Shown: positions 11,116-25,900, counted from the stretch's first letter. The stretch: 64,000 nucleotides of DNA from Antedon mediterranea (GCF_964355755.1 NC_092677.1:7028101-7092100), one strand, 5' to 3'. A program made the numbers and translations. Notes: generated from the sequence alone by a model not told the origin.

Positions 11116-14100
11116 ATGGATCACGAAGTCAAGAACATGATAGCTAGATTATGTATAAATCACTACGAGCAAGGTTTGCCCAAACGAGGAAAGCCTCAAG
11201 CTAATCGTGAATGGACTATTTTAGCTGGAATTGTTCAGGCTAGGCCTAGGCATAGGCCATGCAGGCCCAATCTCCCTAATCCGACGAGATGCATTCGGCA
11301 GACACAGAGTGTACAACAAGGTAAGAGAACGGCTTGGACATTGTAGTGTTGTGCATGTTTGTAGTGAGTGTAATGTAAACAAACCTGACAACTTTGTACT
11401 TGTTTGCAGATGCAAAGAGAGAGCTGAGTCTCAACTCCCCCACCCCCATAATAATAATATACATTTAGGCAGATCCTTAGGAAAAGTCAACACCCCCCCC
11501 CCCCCCAATTATGAAATATAGATCTGCTACCACTGATATAGATTCTTTTCTATGTTATGGTGTAGAACTTTACAAGGGATTGGTATATGAAGTTGTTGCC
11601 CTTGGCACTGGTTCTAAATGTGTTGGGCGTGATAAACTTAGCAAATCTGGCAAGTATCTTTTTAATCATTAATCTGTAATAAAGCCAAAATGTTTGTATT
11701 TTTTAGTATATAACAATTTATGAGTGTAAAAGCTCCAGTTCTATTTATTAGTATTACATACAAATGTAAGCCATCTCAAGAAGGGTTAGTTGTGGTCAAG
11801 TATCAATGACAAATGGAATAATTCTTTTATTTTGAGCCCTATACTATAACGCCAAAAGTGTTAAAGCTTACATATTGGTGCTAAAGCTAAGTGATATATA
11901 AGCTCATCATCAGTTGCTTGTTTCAACTGTAATAAAGACTAACTTTCTGTTTATATTTACTGTATATCAGGTGATGTAATTCATGATTACCATTCAGAGG
12001 TTGTTACTAGACGAGCATTTTTGAGGTAAGCCTACAGTACTATAACTATAATATTTTAATTACTCATTCTTAATAACTGTACGTAGCCTAGTGCACCTAC
12101 GTTAGGCCTATATCTATATTTCAAAGGTGAAGAATAGGTTCATTCATCACTATTAATACATGACTTGCATTTCAGAGGTTTTGTCAAGGTGGTAATTTAT
12201 GCATTGTTTACAGCTTTTGATTGTTTTTGTCACCTGCTATTAACAAAACCTCTGTTCGGGATGCGATTTTTTTTTTCGTACATAAGTTGGGGACCCCCTC
12301 ATGAAACGTCACAAAATAAACATGAATAATTCATCAGTTAAATTTGTTGTTCCGTGTGCACCCAAGCGTATAGCAACAAGAAGTGATTACACGCACAACT
12401 AAACTGCGATACGATTCTTTCTACAGTAGGCCTAGGATTCTAGGTCAATTCACGTGATTGCCTTCGCGCACTCTTCTTCACACACACCACTATGCAAAAT
12501 GTGTCGAGGCTAATCGACAGCTAGGCAAGACATTAAACTAAGTAGTAATTGGACATAGCCCAAAGAAAGCTTAGACCCACAAGAATAAAAAATGTGTATA
12601 ATTTGTGTAGGCCTACTGTAATTTTTTAATTCTGCTATTTTATTATCAAACAATATGCATGTACTCAAAGGAACTTTAAAAATGCGCGTATATGAACACA
12701 TGAGATGGGAAGATTAGACCCACGAGAATAAAAAATGTATTTTTGTGTAATGTTTATTGTTTAATTTTGCTGACTTATTACTCGGACTGTGTCATAACTA
12801 ACACACACACCTCACACACACCATGGAGTAAACTCCATGCACACACCCACACTACTAGAATAGAAATGGGTTTAGAGACTAATAATTAGGCCTAATAGTA
12901 TTAATAGAAACTATAGTTTTAACACGTAATTCTTTAGTAATAAATTATATTAAAAACACCATAAACTAAAGGCTGATTATTTCGACAATCCACACAAAAC
13001 GTTGCTATTCTTTTATGAAATCCCACGCGGCAACAACCACAGCGGAGATTAGGCCTAGAATCGTACCGCACTTGTGTAATCACTTCTTGTTGCTATACGC
13101 TTGGGTGCACACGGAACAAGAAAATTTAACTGATGAATTATTCATGTTTATTTTGTGACGTTTCATGAGGGGGTCCCCAACTTATGTACGAAAAAAAAAA
13201 TCGCGTTCGGGATGGGATACCTTTAGTAAAAATACTTACATACCCGACACGTTACTGTTTGGAATTTACTATTTAAAGATGTATTGTCCTTTTGACTAAT
13301 TCCAAAAAGAATAAAAAATAACAGATTTCAAAAAAAGGTGGGTCATTCTGAAGTATCATAATAGTTATTACGTACCTATCACCAAAAATTTGTCGAAAAA
13401 AAAAATCATTTAACTAAAATACAGACGTTTTTTTGTTAAAAAAATAACTTTGACTTCCAGTCAAAGTTTTCGATCAAAACATATCCCATAATGAAACGCG
13501 CTTGTTTGGCTACTCTGTATGCATAATCATAAACTTTCTCGTGATCTGTGTGAAAATACCTTCTCAACCGTGACGAGTTGTAAACAATCCTAATTAGCAT
13601 ATGCGTACTCGTGGTTTGAAATCTTTGTTTACTTTCGCTCGCGACGATTTTTCAGACGAAATGTAATCCAACTAATTTACCTGTTAATTACGTAAACTTG
13701 TTGGTTTTGGCTCAAATTTTCGACTTAAAGTGAATAACTTTAATATTACTTTGATATGGCCAATTTAAATTTAGAACATTTTGACCTTCATTTTTTTGTG
13801 TTTCAAGGGACAATACATCTTTAACTATGTTTATTATTTATATAATATATATATATAAAAGTAGACATTTTGTTTTCGTGTTGCTATTACAGGTATTTAT
13901 ATCATCAAATAAAGAAGAGCATTCTAAAAGAAGAAAGCATTTTCTGTGATATCAATACCAATGGAGAATTCCAGTTAAAACCAGATGTGACATTCCACTT
14001 TTTTACCAGCCAAACACCTTGTGAGTGTATTTAGGCTAAGCGAGAACAACTTTCACTTGTAAATCCCCTATCTATTTGAAGTGAATGTTTATAATAAATA

Positions 14101-16286
14101 TAAATAAAACATAAACATTCTTTTTTTCACTTCTGTGAAAACAGCCCACTTTTATTCTTCATTGTTCACAATCCCATTACTGTAACATACAATACATCAT
14201 GTGTTATATGTCATTTATTTAATTTTGTTTTTTTACATAACACAATTTCTACTTAGTATCATTAGCTAATTGTACTATATATCATCAGCTAATTGTATTA
14301 TATAATATTTATAATAGGTTATATCATTTTTCCATTAGTCATTAGCCTATTTTTCTAGTTAACTAATCAATAGCATACAAATATTTTAGAACCATTATTT
14401 CCCTTTTTCTTTTGACAGAAATCCTGTATTTTAATTTTGTTTGTGTTTTGTGGGAGTATCCACTCTTTATATTGGTGTTTTCATATTTACATGTTTTAAT
14501 CAAACAATTGTTTTTTCCTTCAAAGGTGGTGATGCTTCAATTTTTGATACAGCAGATAGTGATAGTATACAGACAACACATGATCCAATGCCCAACTTTG
14601 AACGGAGTAATATAGAGCAAAGTTCCTGCCATAAATGTCTCCCTTTAAATTGTAAGTTTATGGAGGCATGTACAAGTACTGAATGTAGTAATAGACTTGG
14701 AGACAACTGTGATGCCAACGTTAGGAGTCGTAAAAGAAAAGCATCACCTGTACGCTGCGAATTGAAGTCAGCCAAAATCTGCTCATCAGAAGTTGTTTCA
14801 AATACTGATGAAGATCAAGAAACTACTGATGAAATCAGTTTAACCAAAGAGCAATGTGAAAGTATTGGTTTTGGTGAAAACAAGAGGTTTGAAGATCATC
14901 GAACTGGGGCCAAATGTGTGCCAGGAGACACTCAAGATCCCAAAGATTCCAGTGGTTACCATGCCGTTGGGGTTCTGCGCCTGAAGCCAGGCAGAGGAAG
15001 TCGGAGTCTCTCAATGAGCTGTAGTGACAAGTTTGCCAAGTGGAACATTCTTGGTTGTCAGGGAGCACTCCTCTCTCACTTCCTCTCTCATCCGATAAAG
15101 TTCAAGAGCATTGTTATTGGAAAATGTAACTTCAACGAAGAGGCTGCAAAAAGAGCCTTGCTGAAAAGAATCGATGGTATTCATGAAAAACTAAGTTTTG
15201 CAGTACATGATAGTGTTTCTATATATCATTCTAATGTTGAATTTAAACATTCAAAAGAGTACATCGTACAGAATCATATTAAGGCTCTTGGTAAAATGTC
15301 ACCATGTGGATCAGGTATGAACAGATGTTCTTTTTAAGCATCAATTTATCAAAATATTTCAAGCCAAGTCATTTTAATTATTAAAATGTGTATATATTTA
15401 TATTAAGTTATGATTAATTTAATTGCAACGTCTTACATATTTCCAGCTATTGTCTGGTCAGCAGTTCCCGATTGTCCACTTGAAGTCTCTGTAAAGGGAA
15501 TCAAACAAGGTGTTACAACCAAGGATGTAGATCAAAGAAATGCAAGGTAGAAATTTGATATGATTTGTGTATCAGAATTCTACGCCATAATGTAATTTGC
15601 AGATAGTACTTTGACTAATTAAAACTTATTTTATAAATAGTACTAGTAGGCCTAATTTACATCATTGTCATCATGTAATAATAGTTTGTCTGTCACATCA
15701 GCACAGAATACAATTAATAATACAAAAACATTTTAACCAACATTTCTTGCCTCTAACAGGTGTAACATATGCAAATCAAAGTTATTTGAAACCTTCAAGG
15801 AAATCGTCGCTCTCATTAAATCAGAGAATCTTCCAAATAGTTTAAAGTAAGTTTTATGTTACCTTCATTTTGTAATTAATATGTATCAGAATGTACCAAC
15901 TTTTTGTTTGCAAACTTGGATTTTTCTTGAGTTTCTTTGTATAGTTTCCTTGTATGTACAATTCTACAAACTTTTTTCCTGCAGTTTGCTGAAGTCAATT
16001 GACCTACAAACTTTTCTTGACAAATTCCTTGCTTTGCTCCAGTTTGCTAACAAAAGTTTGTCATTGTAGACTAGTATAAGAAGAAGTCTATGTTACATAA
16101 CCTTTTGCTTGCTATGATAACATCCATTGTACTCGTTTTTTTGTTATTTTCCCTAGAAGCAACACACTGAATACATATTGGGACTACAAGCAAGCATGTG
16201 TAAAATATCAAGATTCTTGGAAGAGGTTTTTGGAATACTTTCCCACCTGGATAAGGACACCTATTGAGTATTCTCAGTTCTCATAG
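11116..16286 (+). CDS. ADAT1: tRNA-specific adenosine deaminase 1 (A37 of tRNA-Ala)
   Basis: Exons 11116-11320 (3' end uncertain), 11566-11649, 11971-12025, 13893-14020, 14526-15314, 15447-15546, 15760-15846 and 16157-16286. They give LPKRGKP..EWTILA, EVVALGTGSKC, HDYHSEVVTRR, TPCGDASIF, HRTGAKCV, LRLKPGRG..SMSCSDKFAKWNILGCQGALL and YWDYKQ..W; no dsRBDs. Confidence 0.93.
12263..13204. mobile_element. Non-autonomous Mutator-like (MULE) element in ADAT1 intron 3
   Basis: ~125-bp near-identical TIRs (GCGATTTTTTTTTTCGTACATAAGTTGGGGACCCCC...) with a perfect 9-bp TSD GTTCGGGAT at 12254-12262 and 13205-13213. Confidence 0.9.
13277..13820. mobile_element. Kolobok-like MITE
   Basis: TTAA on both sides, TIR AGATGTATTGTCC / GGACAATACATCT with AG..CT termini. 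A related left end occurs at ~44200. Confidence 0.8.
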
Positions 16287-16599
16287 GAATGTGATATTTT
16301 ATCTTTTAGTGTACGTGAATTCTGTAATCCGATTGGTCAATATGTATGAAATATAATTCCGTATTACGCCCATTTACTCAGTCAAGCGGATCAGAAGGGT
16401 AATATATCCCGTATTACCTGTTTGATGTTTCTACGCGTGCGTTGTTTATGTATTGTATTTTTATCGTTAAGCGTATGCGTAGCTGTGATTTCAACCATCG
16501 AATATGACACAAAATACTGTATATATTTGGGGTTTTTTTTCTTTGTTTCTTGTCTAATTGCTTATATGTGTACACTAAGAGATATAATCGTTGCACCCT

Positions 16600-16690
16600 G
16601 CAACGTAGGTATTTCCCATTTGGCCTGAATAATGGCAAAGGTTGAACCTTGAGTGTGGCTCTTTAGAACGCTCGGCAATCCGGACAACTG
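16600..16690 (-). pseudogene. Degenerate tRNA-Leu copy at left array edge
   Basis: Diverged 5' exon and intron (plus strand GGCCTGAATAATGGCAAAGGTTGAACCTTGAGTGTGGCTC..CGCTCGGCAATCCGGAC); 3' half lost. Confidence 0.8.
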
Positions 16691-16870
16691 ATAGAGTTGC
16701 ATATAAACTTAATTATATTTTTAATATAGCCTACAGTGGTCTGAAATTATAGACAACTGATAGATGGACGAGTTGCAAATAAACTTAATTACATTTTGAA
16801 TATACAGTGGTCTCAATTTATAGACTAAAATTTGATGAGTGGAGATACGAAAACTTAATTTTAGAAAGTC

Positions 16871-16987
16871 TGTCAGAAGTGGGATTCGAACCCACGCCTC
16901 CATTCGGAGACCAGAATACCCGTTTGCCTGAATAGTGGCAAGGTTAAACCTTGAGTCTGGCGCCTTAGACCGCTCGGCCATCCTGAC
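16871..16987 (-). tRNA. tRNA-Leu-CAA: Representative intact tRNA-Leu(CAA), 117 nt including the 33-nt intron at 37/38
   Basis: Intact boxes A and B, 7-bp acceptor stem, long variable arm, anticodon CAA, discriminator A. Confidence 0.95.
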
Positions 16988-19900
16988 AACTGATATCTGA
17001 ATGAGTTGCAAATAAACTTAATTACATTTTGAATATACAGTGGTCTGAAATTATAGACTAAAATTTGATTAGTGGAGATATATGGTACGAAAAATTAATT
17101 TTAAAAAGTCTGTCAGAAGTTGGATTTGTACCCACGCCTCCATTCGGAGACCAGAATACCCTTTTGCCTGAATAGTGGCAAGGTTGAACCTTGAGTCTGG
17201 CGCCTTAGACCGCTCGGCCATCCTGACAACTGATAGATGGACGAGTTGCAAATAAATTTAATTATGTTTTGAATATACAGTGGTCTCAATTTATAGACTA
17301 AAATTTGATGAGTGGAGATATAAAGTACGAAAACTTAATTTTAGAAAGTCTGTCAGATGTGGGATTCGAACCCACGCCTCCATTCGGAGACCAGAGTACC
17401 CGTTTGCCTGAATAGTGGCAAGGTTAAACCTTGAGTCTGGTGCCTTAGACCGCTCGGCCATCCTGACAACTGATATCTGAATGAGTTGCAAATAAACTTA
17501 ATTACATTTTGAATATACAGTGGTCTCAAATTATAGACTAACCTTTTTTATGAGTGAAGATATGAAAACTTAATTTTAAAAAGTCTGTCAGAAGTGGGTT
17601 TCGAACCCACGCCTCCATTCGGAGACCAGAATACCCTTTTACCTGAATAGTGGCAAGGTTGAACCTTGAGTCTGCCGCCTTAGACCATCCTGACAACTGA
17701 TAGCTGAACGAGTTGCAAATAAACTTAATTATATTTTGAATATACAGTGGTCTCAAATTATAGAGTAACCTCTTTTATGAGTGAAGATATGAAAACTTAA
17801 TTTTAAAAAGTCTGTCAGAAGTGGGATTCGAACCCACGCCTCCATTCGGAGACCAGAATACCCTTTTGCCTGAATAGTAGCAAGGTTGAACCTTGAGTCT
17901 GGCGCCTTAGACCGCTCGGCCATCCTGACAACTGATATCTGAACGAGTTGCAAATAAACTTAATTATATTTTGAATATACAGTGGTCTAAAATTATAGAC
18001 TAAAATTTTATGAATGAAGATATAAAGTACGAAAACTTAATTTAAAAAAGTCTGTCAGAAGTGGGATTCGAACCCACGCCTCCATTCGGAGACCAGAATA
18101 CCCGTTTGCCTGAATAGTGGCAAGGTTAAACCTTGAGTCTGGCGCCTTAGACCGCTCGGCCATCCTGACAACTGATATCTGAATGAGTTGCAAATAAACT
18201 TAATTACATTTTGAATATACACAGTGGTCTGAAATTATAGACAAAAATTTGATGAGTGAAGATATAAGGTACGAGAACTTAATTTTAAAAAGTCTGTCAG
18301 AAGTGGAATTCGAACCCACGCCTCCATTCGGAGACCAGAATACCCTTTTACCTGAATAGTGGCAAGGTTGAACCTTGAGTCTGGCGCCTTAGACCGCTCG
18401 GCCATCCTGACAACTGATATCTGAACGAGTTGCAAATAAACTTAATTATATTTTGAATATACAGTGGTCTAAAATTATAGACAAAAATTTGATGAGTGAA
18501 GATATAAATTACGAAAACTTAATTTTAGAAAGTCTGTCAGAAGTGGGATTCAAACCTACGCCTCCATTAGGAGACCAGAATATCCTTTTTTCTGAAAAAT
18601 GGCAAGGTTAAACCTTGAGTCTGGCGCCTTAGACCGCTCGACCATCCTGGCAACTGATAGATGGACGAGTTGCAAATAAACTTAATTACATTTTGAATAT
18701 ACAGTGGTTTGAAATTATAGACTAACATTTGATGAGTGAAGATATAAAGTAGGAAAACTTAATTTTAAAAAGTCTGTCAGAAGTGGTATTCAAACCCACC
18801 CCTCCATTCGGAGACCAGAATACCATTTTGCCTGAATAGTGGCGAGGTTGAACCTTGAGTCTGCCGCCTTAGACCATCCTGACAACTGATAGCTGAACGA
18901 GTTGCAAATAAACTTCATTATATTTTGAATATACAGTGGTCTCAAATTATAGACTAACCTTTTTTATGAGTGAAGATATGAAAACTTAATTTTTAAAAGT
19001 CTGTCAGAAGTGGGATTCGAACCCACGCCTCCATTCGGAGACCAGAATACCCTTTTGCCTGAATAGTGGCAAGGTTGAACCTTGAGTCTGGCGCCTTAGA
19101 CCGCTCGGCCATCCTGACAACTGATAGATGGACGAGTTGCAAATAAATTTAATTATGTTTTGAATATACAGTGGTCTCAATTTATAGACTAAAATTTGAT
19201 GAGTGGAGATATAAAGTACGAAAACTTAATTTTAGAAAGTCTGTCAGAAGTGGGATTCGAACCCACGCCTCCATTCGGAGACCAGAATACCCGTTTGCCT
19301 GAATAGTGGCAAGGTTGAACCTTGAGTCTGGCGCCTTAGACCGCTCGGCCATCCTGACAACTGATAGATGGACGAGTTGCAAATAAACTTAATTATGTTT
19401 TGAATATAAAGTGGTCTCAATTTATAGACTAAAATTTGATGAGTGAAGATATAAAGTACGAAAACTTAATTTTAGAAAGTCTGTCAGAAGTGGGATTCGA
19501 ACCCACGCCTCCATTCGGAGACCAGAATACCCGTTTGCCTGAATAGTGGCAAGGTTAAACCTTGAGTCTGGCGCCTTAGACCGCTCGGCCATCCTGACAA
19601 CTGATATCTGAACGAGTTGCAAATAAATTTAATTATATTTTGAATATACAGTGGTCTAAAATTATAGACTAAAATTTGATGAGTGAAGATATAAAGTACG
19701 AAAACTTAATTTAAAAAAGCCTGTCAGAAGTGGGATTCGAACCCACGCCTCCATTCGGAGACCAGAATACCCTTTTGCCTGAATAGTGGCAAGGTTGAAC
19801 CTTGAGTCTGCCGCCTTAGACCATCCTGACAACTGATAGCTGAACGAGTTGCAAATAAACTTCATTATATTTTGAATATACAGTGGTCTCAAATTATAGA

Positions 19901-22900
19901 CTAACCTTTTTTATGAGTGAAGATATGAAAACTTAATTTTAAAAAGTCTGTCAGAAGTGGGATTCGAACCGACGCCTCCATTCGGAGACCAGAATACCCT
20001 TTTGCCTGAATAGTGGCAAGGTTGAACCTTGAGTCTGGCGCCTTAGACCGCTCGGCCATCCTGACAACTGATAGATGGACGAGTTGCAAATAAATTTAAT
20101 TATGTTTTGAATATACAGTGGTCTCAATTTATAGACTAAAATTTGATGAGTGAAGATATAAAGTACGAAAACTTAATTTTAGAAACTCTGTCAGAAGTGG
20201 GATTCAAACCTACGCCTCCATTAGGAGACCAGAATATCCTTTTTTCTGAAAAATGGCAAGGTTAAACCTTGAGTCTGGCGCCTTAGACCGCTCGACCATC
20301 CTGGCAACTGATAGATGGACGAGTTGCAAATAAACTTAATTACATTTTGAATATACAGTGGTTTGAAATTATAGACAAAAATTTGATGAGTGGAGATATA
20401 AGGTACGAGAACTTAATTTTAAAAAGTCTGTCAGAAGTGGGATTCGAACCCACGCCTCCATTCGGAGACCAGAATACCCTTTTGCCTGAATAGTTGCAAG
20501 GTTGAACCTTGAGTCTGGCGCCTTAGACCGCTCGGCCATCCTGACAACTGATAGATGGACGAGTTGCAAATAAATTTAATTATGTTTTGAATATACAGTG
20601 GTCTCAATTTATAGACTAAAATTTGATGAGTGGAGATATAAAGTACGAAAACTTAATTTTAGAAAGTCTGTCAGATGTGGGATTCGAACCCACGCCTCCA
20701 TTCGGAGACCAGAGTACCCGTTTGCCTGAATAGTGGCAAGGTTAAACCTTGAGTCTGGTGCCTTAGACCGCTCGGCCATCCTGACAACTGATATCTGAAT
20801 GAGTTGCAAATAAACTTAATTACATTTTGAATATACAGTGGTCTCAAATTATAGACTAACCTTTTTTATGAGTGAAGATATGAAAACTTAATTTTAAAAA
20901 GTCTGTCAGAAGTGGGTTTCGAACCCACGCCTCCATTCGGAGACCAGAATACCCTTTTACCTGAATAGTGGCAAGGTTGAACCTTGAGTCTGCCGCCTTA
21001 GACCATCCTGACAACTGATAGCTGAACGAGTTGCAAATAAACTTAATTATATTTTGAATATACAGTGGTCTCAAATTATAGAGTAACCTCTTTTATGAGT
21101 GAAGATATGAAAACTTAATTTTAAAAAGTCTGTCAGAAGTGGGATTCGAACCCACGCCTCCATTCGGAGACCAGAATACCCTTTTGCCTGAATAGTAGCA
21201 AGGTTGAACCTTGAGTCTGGCGCCTTAGACCGCTCGGCCATCCTGACAACTGATATCTGAACGAGTTGCAAATAAACTTAATTATATTTTGAATATACAG
21301 TGGTCTAAAATTATAGACTAAAATTTTATGAATGAAGATATAAAGTACGAAAACTTAATTTAAAAAAGTCTGTCAGAAGTGGGATTCGAACCCACGCCTC
21401 CATTCGGAGACCAGAATACCCGTTTGCCTGAATAGTGGCAAGGTTAAACCTTGAGTCTGGCGCCTTAGACCGCTCGGCCATCCTGACAACTGATATCTGA
21501 ATGAGTTGCAAATAAACTTAATTACATTTTGAATATACACAGTGGTCTGAAATTATAGACAAAAATTTGATGAGTGAAGATATAAGGTACGAGAACTTAA
21601 TTTTAAAAAGTCTGTCAGAAGTGGAATTCGAACCCACGCCTCCATTCGGAGACCAGAATACCCTTTTACCTGAATAGTGGCAAGGTTGAACCTTGAGTCT
21701 GGCGCCTTAGACCGCTCGGCCATCCTGACAACTGATATCTGAACGAGTTGCAAATAAACTTAATTATATTTTGAATATACAGTGGTCTAAAATTATAGAC
21801 AAAAATTTGATGAGTGAAGATATAAATTACGAAAACTTAATTTTAGAAAGTCTGTCAGAAGTGGGATTCAAACCTACGCCTCCATTAGGAGACCAGAATA
21901 TCCTTTTTTCTGAAAAATGGCAAGGTTAAACCTTGAGTCTGGCGCCTTAGACCGCTCGACCATCCTGGCAACTGATAGATGGACGAGTTGCAAATAAACT
22001 TAATTACATTTTGAATATACAGTGGTTTGAAATTATAGACTAACATTTGATGAGTGAAGATATAAAGTAGGAAAACTTAATTTTAAAAAGTCTGTCAGAA
22101 GTGGTATTCAAACCCACCCCTCCATTCGGAGACCAGAATACCATTTTGCCTGAATAGTGGCGAGGTTGAACCTTGAGTCTGCCGCCTTAGACCATCCTGA
22201 CAACTGATAGCTGAACGAGTTGCAAATAAACTTCATTATATTTTGAATATACAGTGGTCTCAAATTATAGACTAACCTTTTTTATGAGTGAAGATATGAA
22301 AACTTAATTTTTAAAAGTCTGTCAGAAGTGGGATTCGAACCCACGCCTCCATTCGGAGACCAGAATACCCTTTTGCCTGAATAGTGGCAAGGTTGAACCT
22401 TGAGTCTGGCGCCTTAGACCGCTCGGCCATCCTGACAACTGATAGATGGACGAGTTGCAAATAAATTTAATTATGTTTTGAATATACAGTGGTCTCAATT
22501 TATAGACTAAAATTTGATGAGTGGAGATATAAAGTACGAAAACTTAATTTTAGAAAGTCTGTCAGAAGTGGGATTCGAACCCACGCCTCCATTCGGAGAC
22601 CAGAATACCCGTTTGCCTGAATAGTGGCAAGGTTGAACCTTGAGTCTGGCGCCTTAGACCGCTCGGCCATCCTGACAACTGATAGATGGACGAGTTGCAA
22701 ATAAACTTAATTATGTTTTGAATATAAAGTGGTCTCAATTTATAGACTAAAATTTGATGAGTGAAGATATAAAGTACGAAAACTTAATTTTAGAAAGTCT
22801 GTCAGAAGTGGGATTCGAACCCACGCCTCCATTCGGAGACCAGAATACCCGTTTGCCTGAATAGTGGCAAGGTTAAACCTTGAGTCTGGCGCCTTAGACC

Positions 22901-25900
22901 GCTCGGCCATCCTGACAACTGATATCTGAACGAGTTGCAAATAAATTTAATTATATTTTGAATATACAGTGGTCTAAAATTATAGACTAAAATTTGATGA
23001 GTGAAGATATAAAGTACGAAAACTTAATTTAAAAAAGCCTGTCAGAAGTGGGATTCGAACCCACGCCTCCATTCGGAGACCAGAATACCCTTTTGCCTGA
23101 ATAGTGGCAAGGTTGAACCTTGAGTCTGCCGCCTTAGACCATCCTGACAACTGATAGCTGAACGAGTTGCAAATAAACTTCATTATATTTTGAATATACA
23201 GTGGTCTCAAATTATAGACTAACCTTTTTTATGAGTGAAGATATGAAAACTTAATTTTAAAAAGTCTGTCAGAAGTGGGATTCGAACCCACGCCTCCATT
23301 CGGAGACCAGAATACCCTTTTGCCTGAATAGTGGCAAGGTTGAACCTTGAGTCTGGCGCCTTAGACCGCTCGGCCATCCTGACAACTGATAGATGGACGA
23401 GTTGCAAATAAATTTAATTATGTTTTGAATATACAGTGGTCTCAATTTATAGACTAAAATTTGATGAGTGAAGATATAAAGTACGAAAACTTAATTTTAG
23501 AAACTCTGTCAGAAGTGGGATTCAAACCTACGCCTCCATTAGGAGACCAGAATATCCTTTTTTCTGAAAAATGGCAAGGTTAAACCTTGAGTCTGGCGCC
23601 TTAGACCGCTCGACCATCCTGGCAACTGATAGATGGACGAGTTGCAAATAAACTTAATTACATTTTGAATATACAGTGGTTTGAAATTATAGACAAAAAT
23701 TTGATGAGTGGAGATATAAGGTACGAGAACTTAATTTTAAAAAGTCTGTCAGAAGTGGAATTCGAACCCACGCCTCCATTCGGAGACCAGAATACCCTTT
23801 TACCTGAATAGTGGCAAGGTTGAACCTTGAGTCTGGCGCCTTAGACCGCTCGGCCATCCTGACAACTGATATCTGAACGAGTTGCAAATAAACTTAATTA
23901 TATTTTGAATATACAGTGGTCTAAAATTATAGACTAAAATTTGATGAGTGAAGATATAAATTACGAAAACTTAATTTTAGAAAGTCTGTCAGAAGTGGGA
24001 TTCAAACCTACGCCTCCATTAGGAGACCAGAATATCCTTTTTTCTGAAAAATGGCAAGGTTAAACCTTGAGTCTGGCGCCTTAGACCGCTCGACCATCCT
24101 GGCAACTGATAGATGGACGAGTTGCAAATAAACTTAATTACATTTTGAATATACAGTGGTTTGAAATTATAGACTAACATTTGATGAGTGAAGATATAAA
24201 GTAGGAAAACTTAATTTTAAAAAGTCTGTCAGAAGTGGTATTCAAACCCACCCCTCCATTCGGAGACCAGAATACCCTTTTGCTTGAATAGTGGCGAGGT
24301 TGAACCTTGAGTCTGCCGCCTTAGACCATCCTGACAACTGATAGCTGATCGAGTTGCAAATAAACTTCATTATATTTTGAATATACAGTGGTCTCAAATT
24401 ATAGACTAACCTTTTTTATGAGTGAAGATATGAAAACTTAATTTTAAAAAGTCTGTCAGAAGTGGGATTCGAACCCACGCCTCCATTCGGAGACCAGAAT
24501 ACCCGTTTGCCTGAATAGTGGCAAGGTTAAACCTTGAGTCTGGCGCCTTAGACCGCTCGACCATCCTGACAACTGATATCTGAATGAGTTGCAAATAAAC
24601 TTAATTACATTTTGAATATACACAGTGGTCTGAAATTATAGACAAAAATTTAATGAGTGAAGATATAAAGTACAAAAACTTAATTTTAAAAAGTCTGTCA
24701 GAAGTGGGATTCGAACCCACGCCTCCATTCGGAGACCAGAATACCCTTTTGCCTGAATAGTGGCAAGGTTGAACCTTGAGTCTGGCGCCTTAGACCGCTC
24801 GGCCATCCTGACAACTGATATCTGAACGAGTTGCAAATAAATTTAATTATATTTTGAATATACAGTGGTCTAAAATTATAGACTAAAATTTGATGAGTGA
24901 AGATATAAGGTACGAAAACTTAATTTAAAAAAGCCTGTCAGAAGTGGGATTCGAACCCACGCCTCCATTCGGAGACCAGAATACCCTTTTGCCTGAATAG
25001 TGGCAAGGTTGAACCTTGAGTCTGGCGCCTTAGACCGCTCGGCCATCCTGACAACTGATAGATGGACGAGTTGCAAATAAACTTAATTATATTTTGAATA
25101 TACAGTGGTCTAAAATTATAGACTAAAATTTGATGAGTGGAGATATAAAGTACGAAAACTTAATTTTAAAAAGTCTGTCAGAAGTGGGATTCGAACCCAC
25201 GCCTCCATTCGGAGACCAGAATACCCTTTTGCCTGAATAGTGGCAAGGTTGAACCTTGAGTCTGGCGCCTTAGACCGCTCGGCCATCCTGACAACTGATA
25301 GATGCACGAGTTGCAAATAAACTTAATTATATTTGGAATATACAGTGGTCTCAAATTATAGACTAACATTTGATGAGTGAAGATATAAAGTACAAAAACT
25401 TAAGTTTAAAAAGTCTGTCAGAAGTGGGATTCGAACCCACGCCTCCATTCGGAGACCAGAATACCCTTTTGCCTGAATAGTGGCAAGGTTGAACCTTGAG
25501 TCTGGCGCCTTAGACCGCTCGGCCATCCTGACAACTGATATCTGAACGAGTTGCAAATAAATTTAATTATATTTTGAATATACAGTGGTCTAAAATTATA
25601 GACTAAAATTTGATGAGTGAAGATATAAAGTACGAAAACTTAATTTAAAAAAGCCTGTCAGAAGTGGGATTCGAACCCACGCCTCCATTCGGAGACCAGA
25701 ATACCCTTTTGCCTGAATAGTGGCAAGGTTGAACCTTGAGTCTGCCGCCTTAGACCATCCTGACAACTGATAGCTGAACGAGTTGCAAATAAACTTCATT
25801 ATATTTTGAATATACAGTGGTCTCAAATTATAGACTAACCTTTTTTATGAGTGAAGATATGAAAACTTAATTTTAAAAAGTCTGTCAGAAGTGGGATTCG

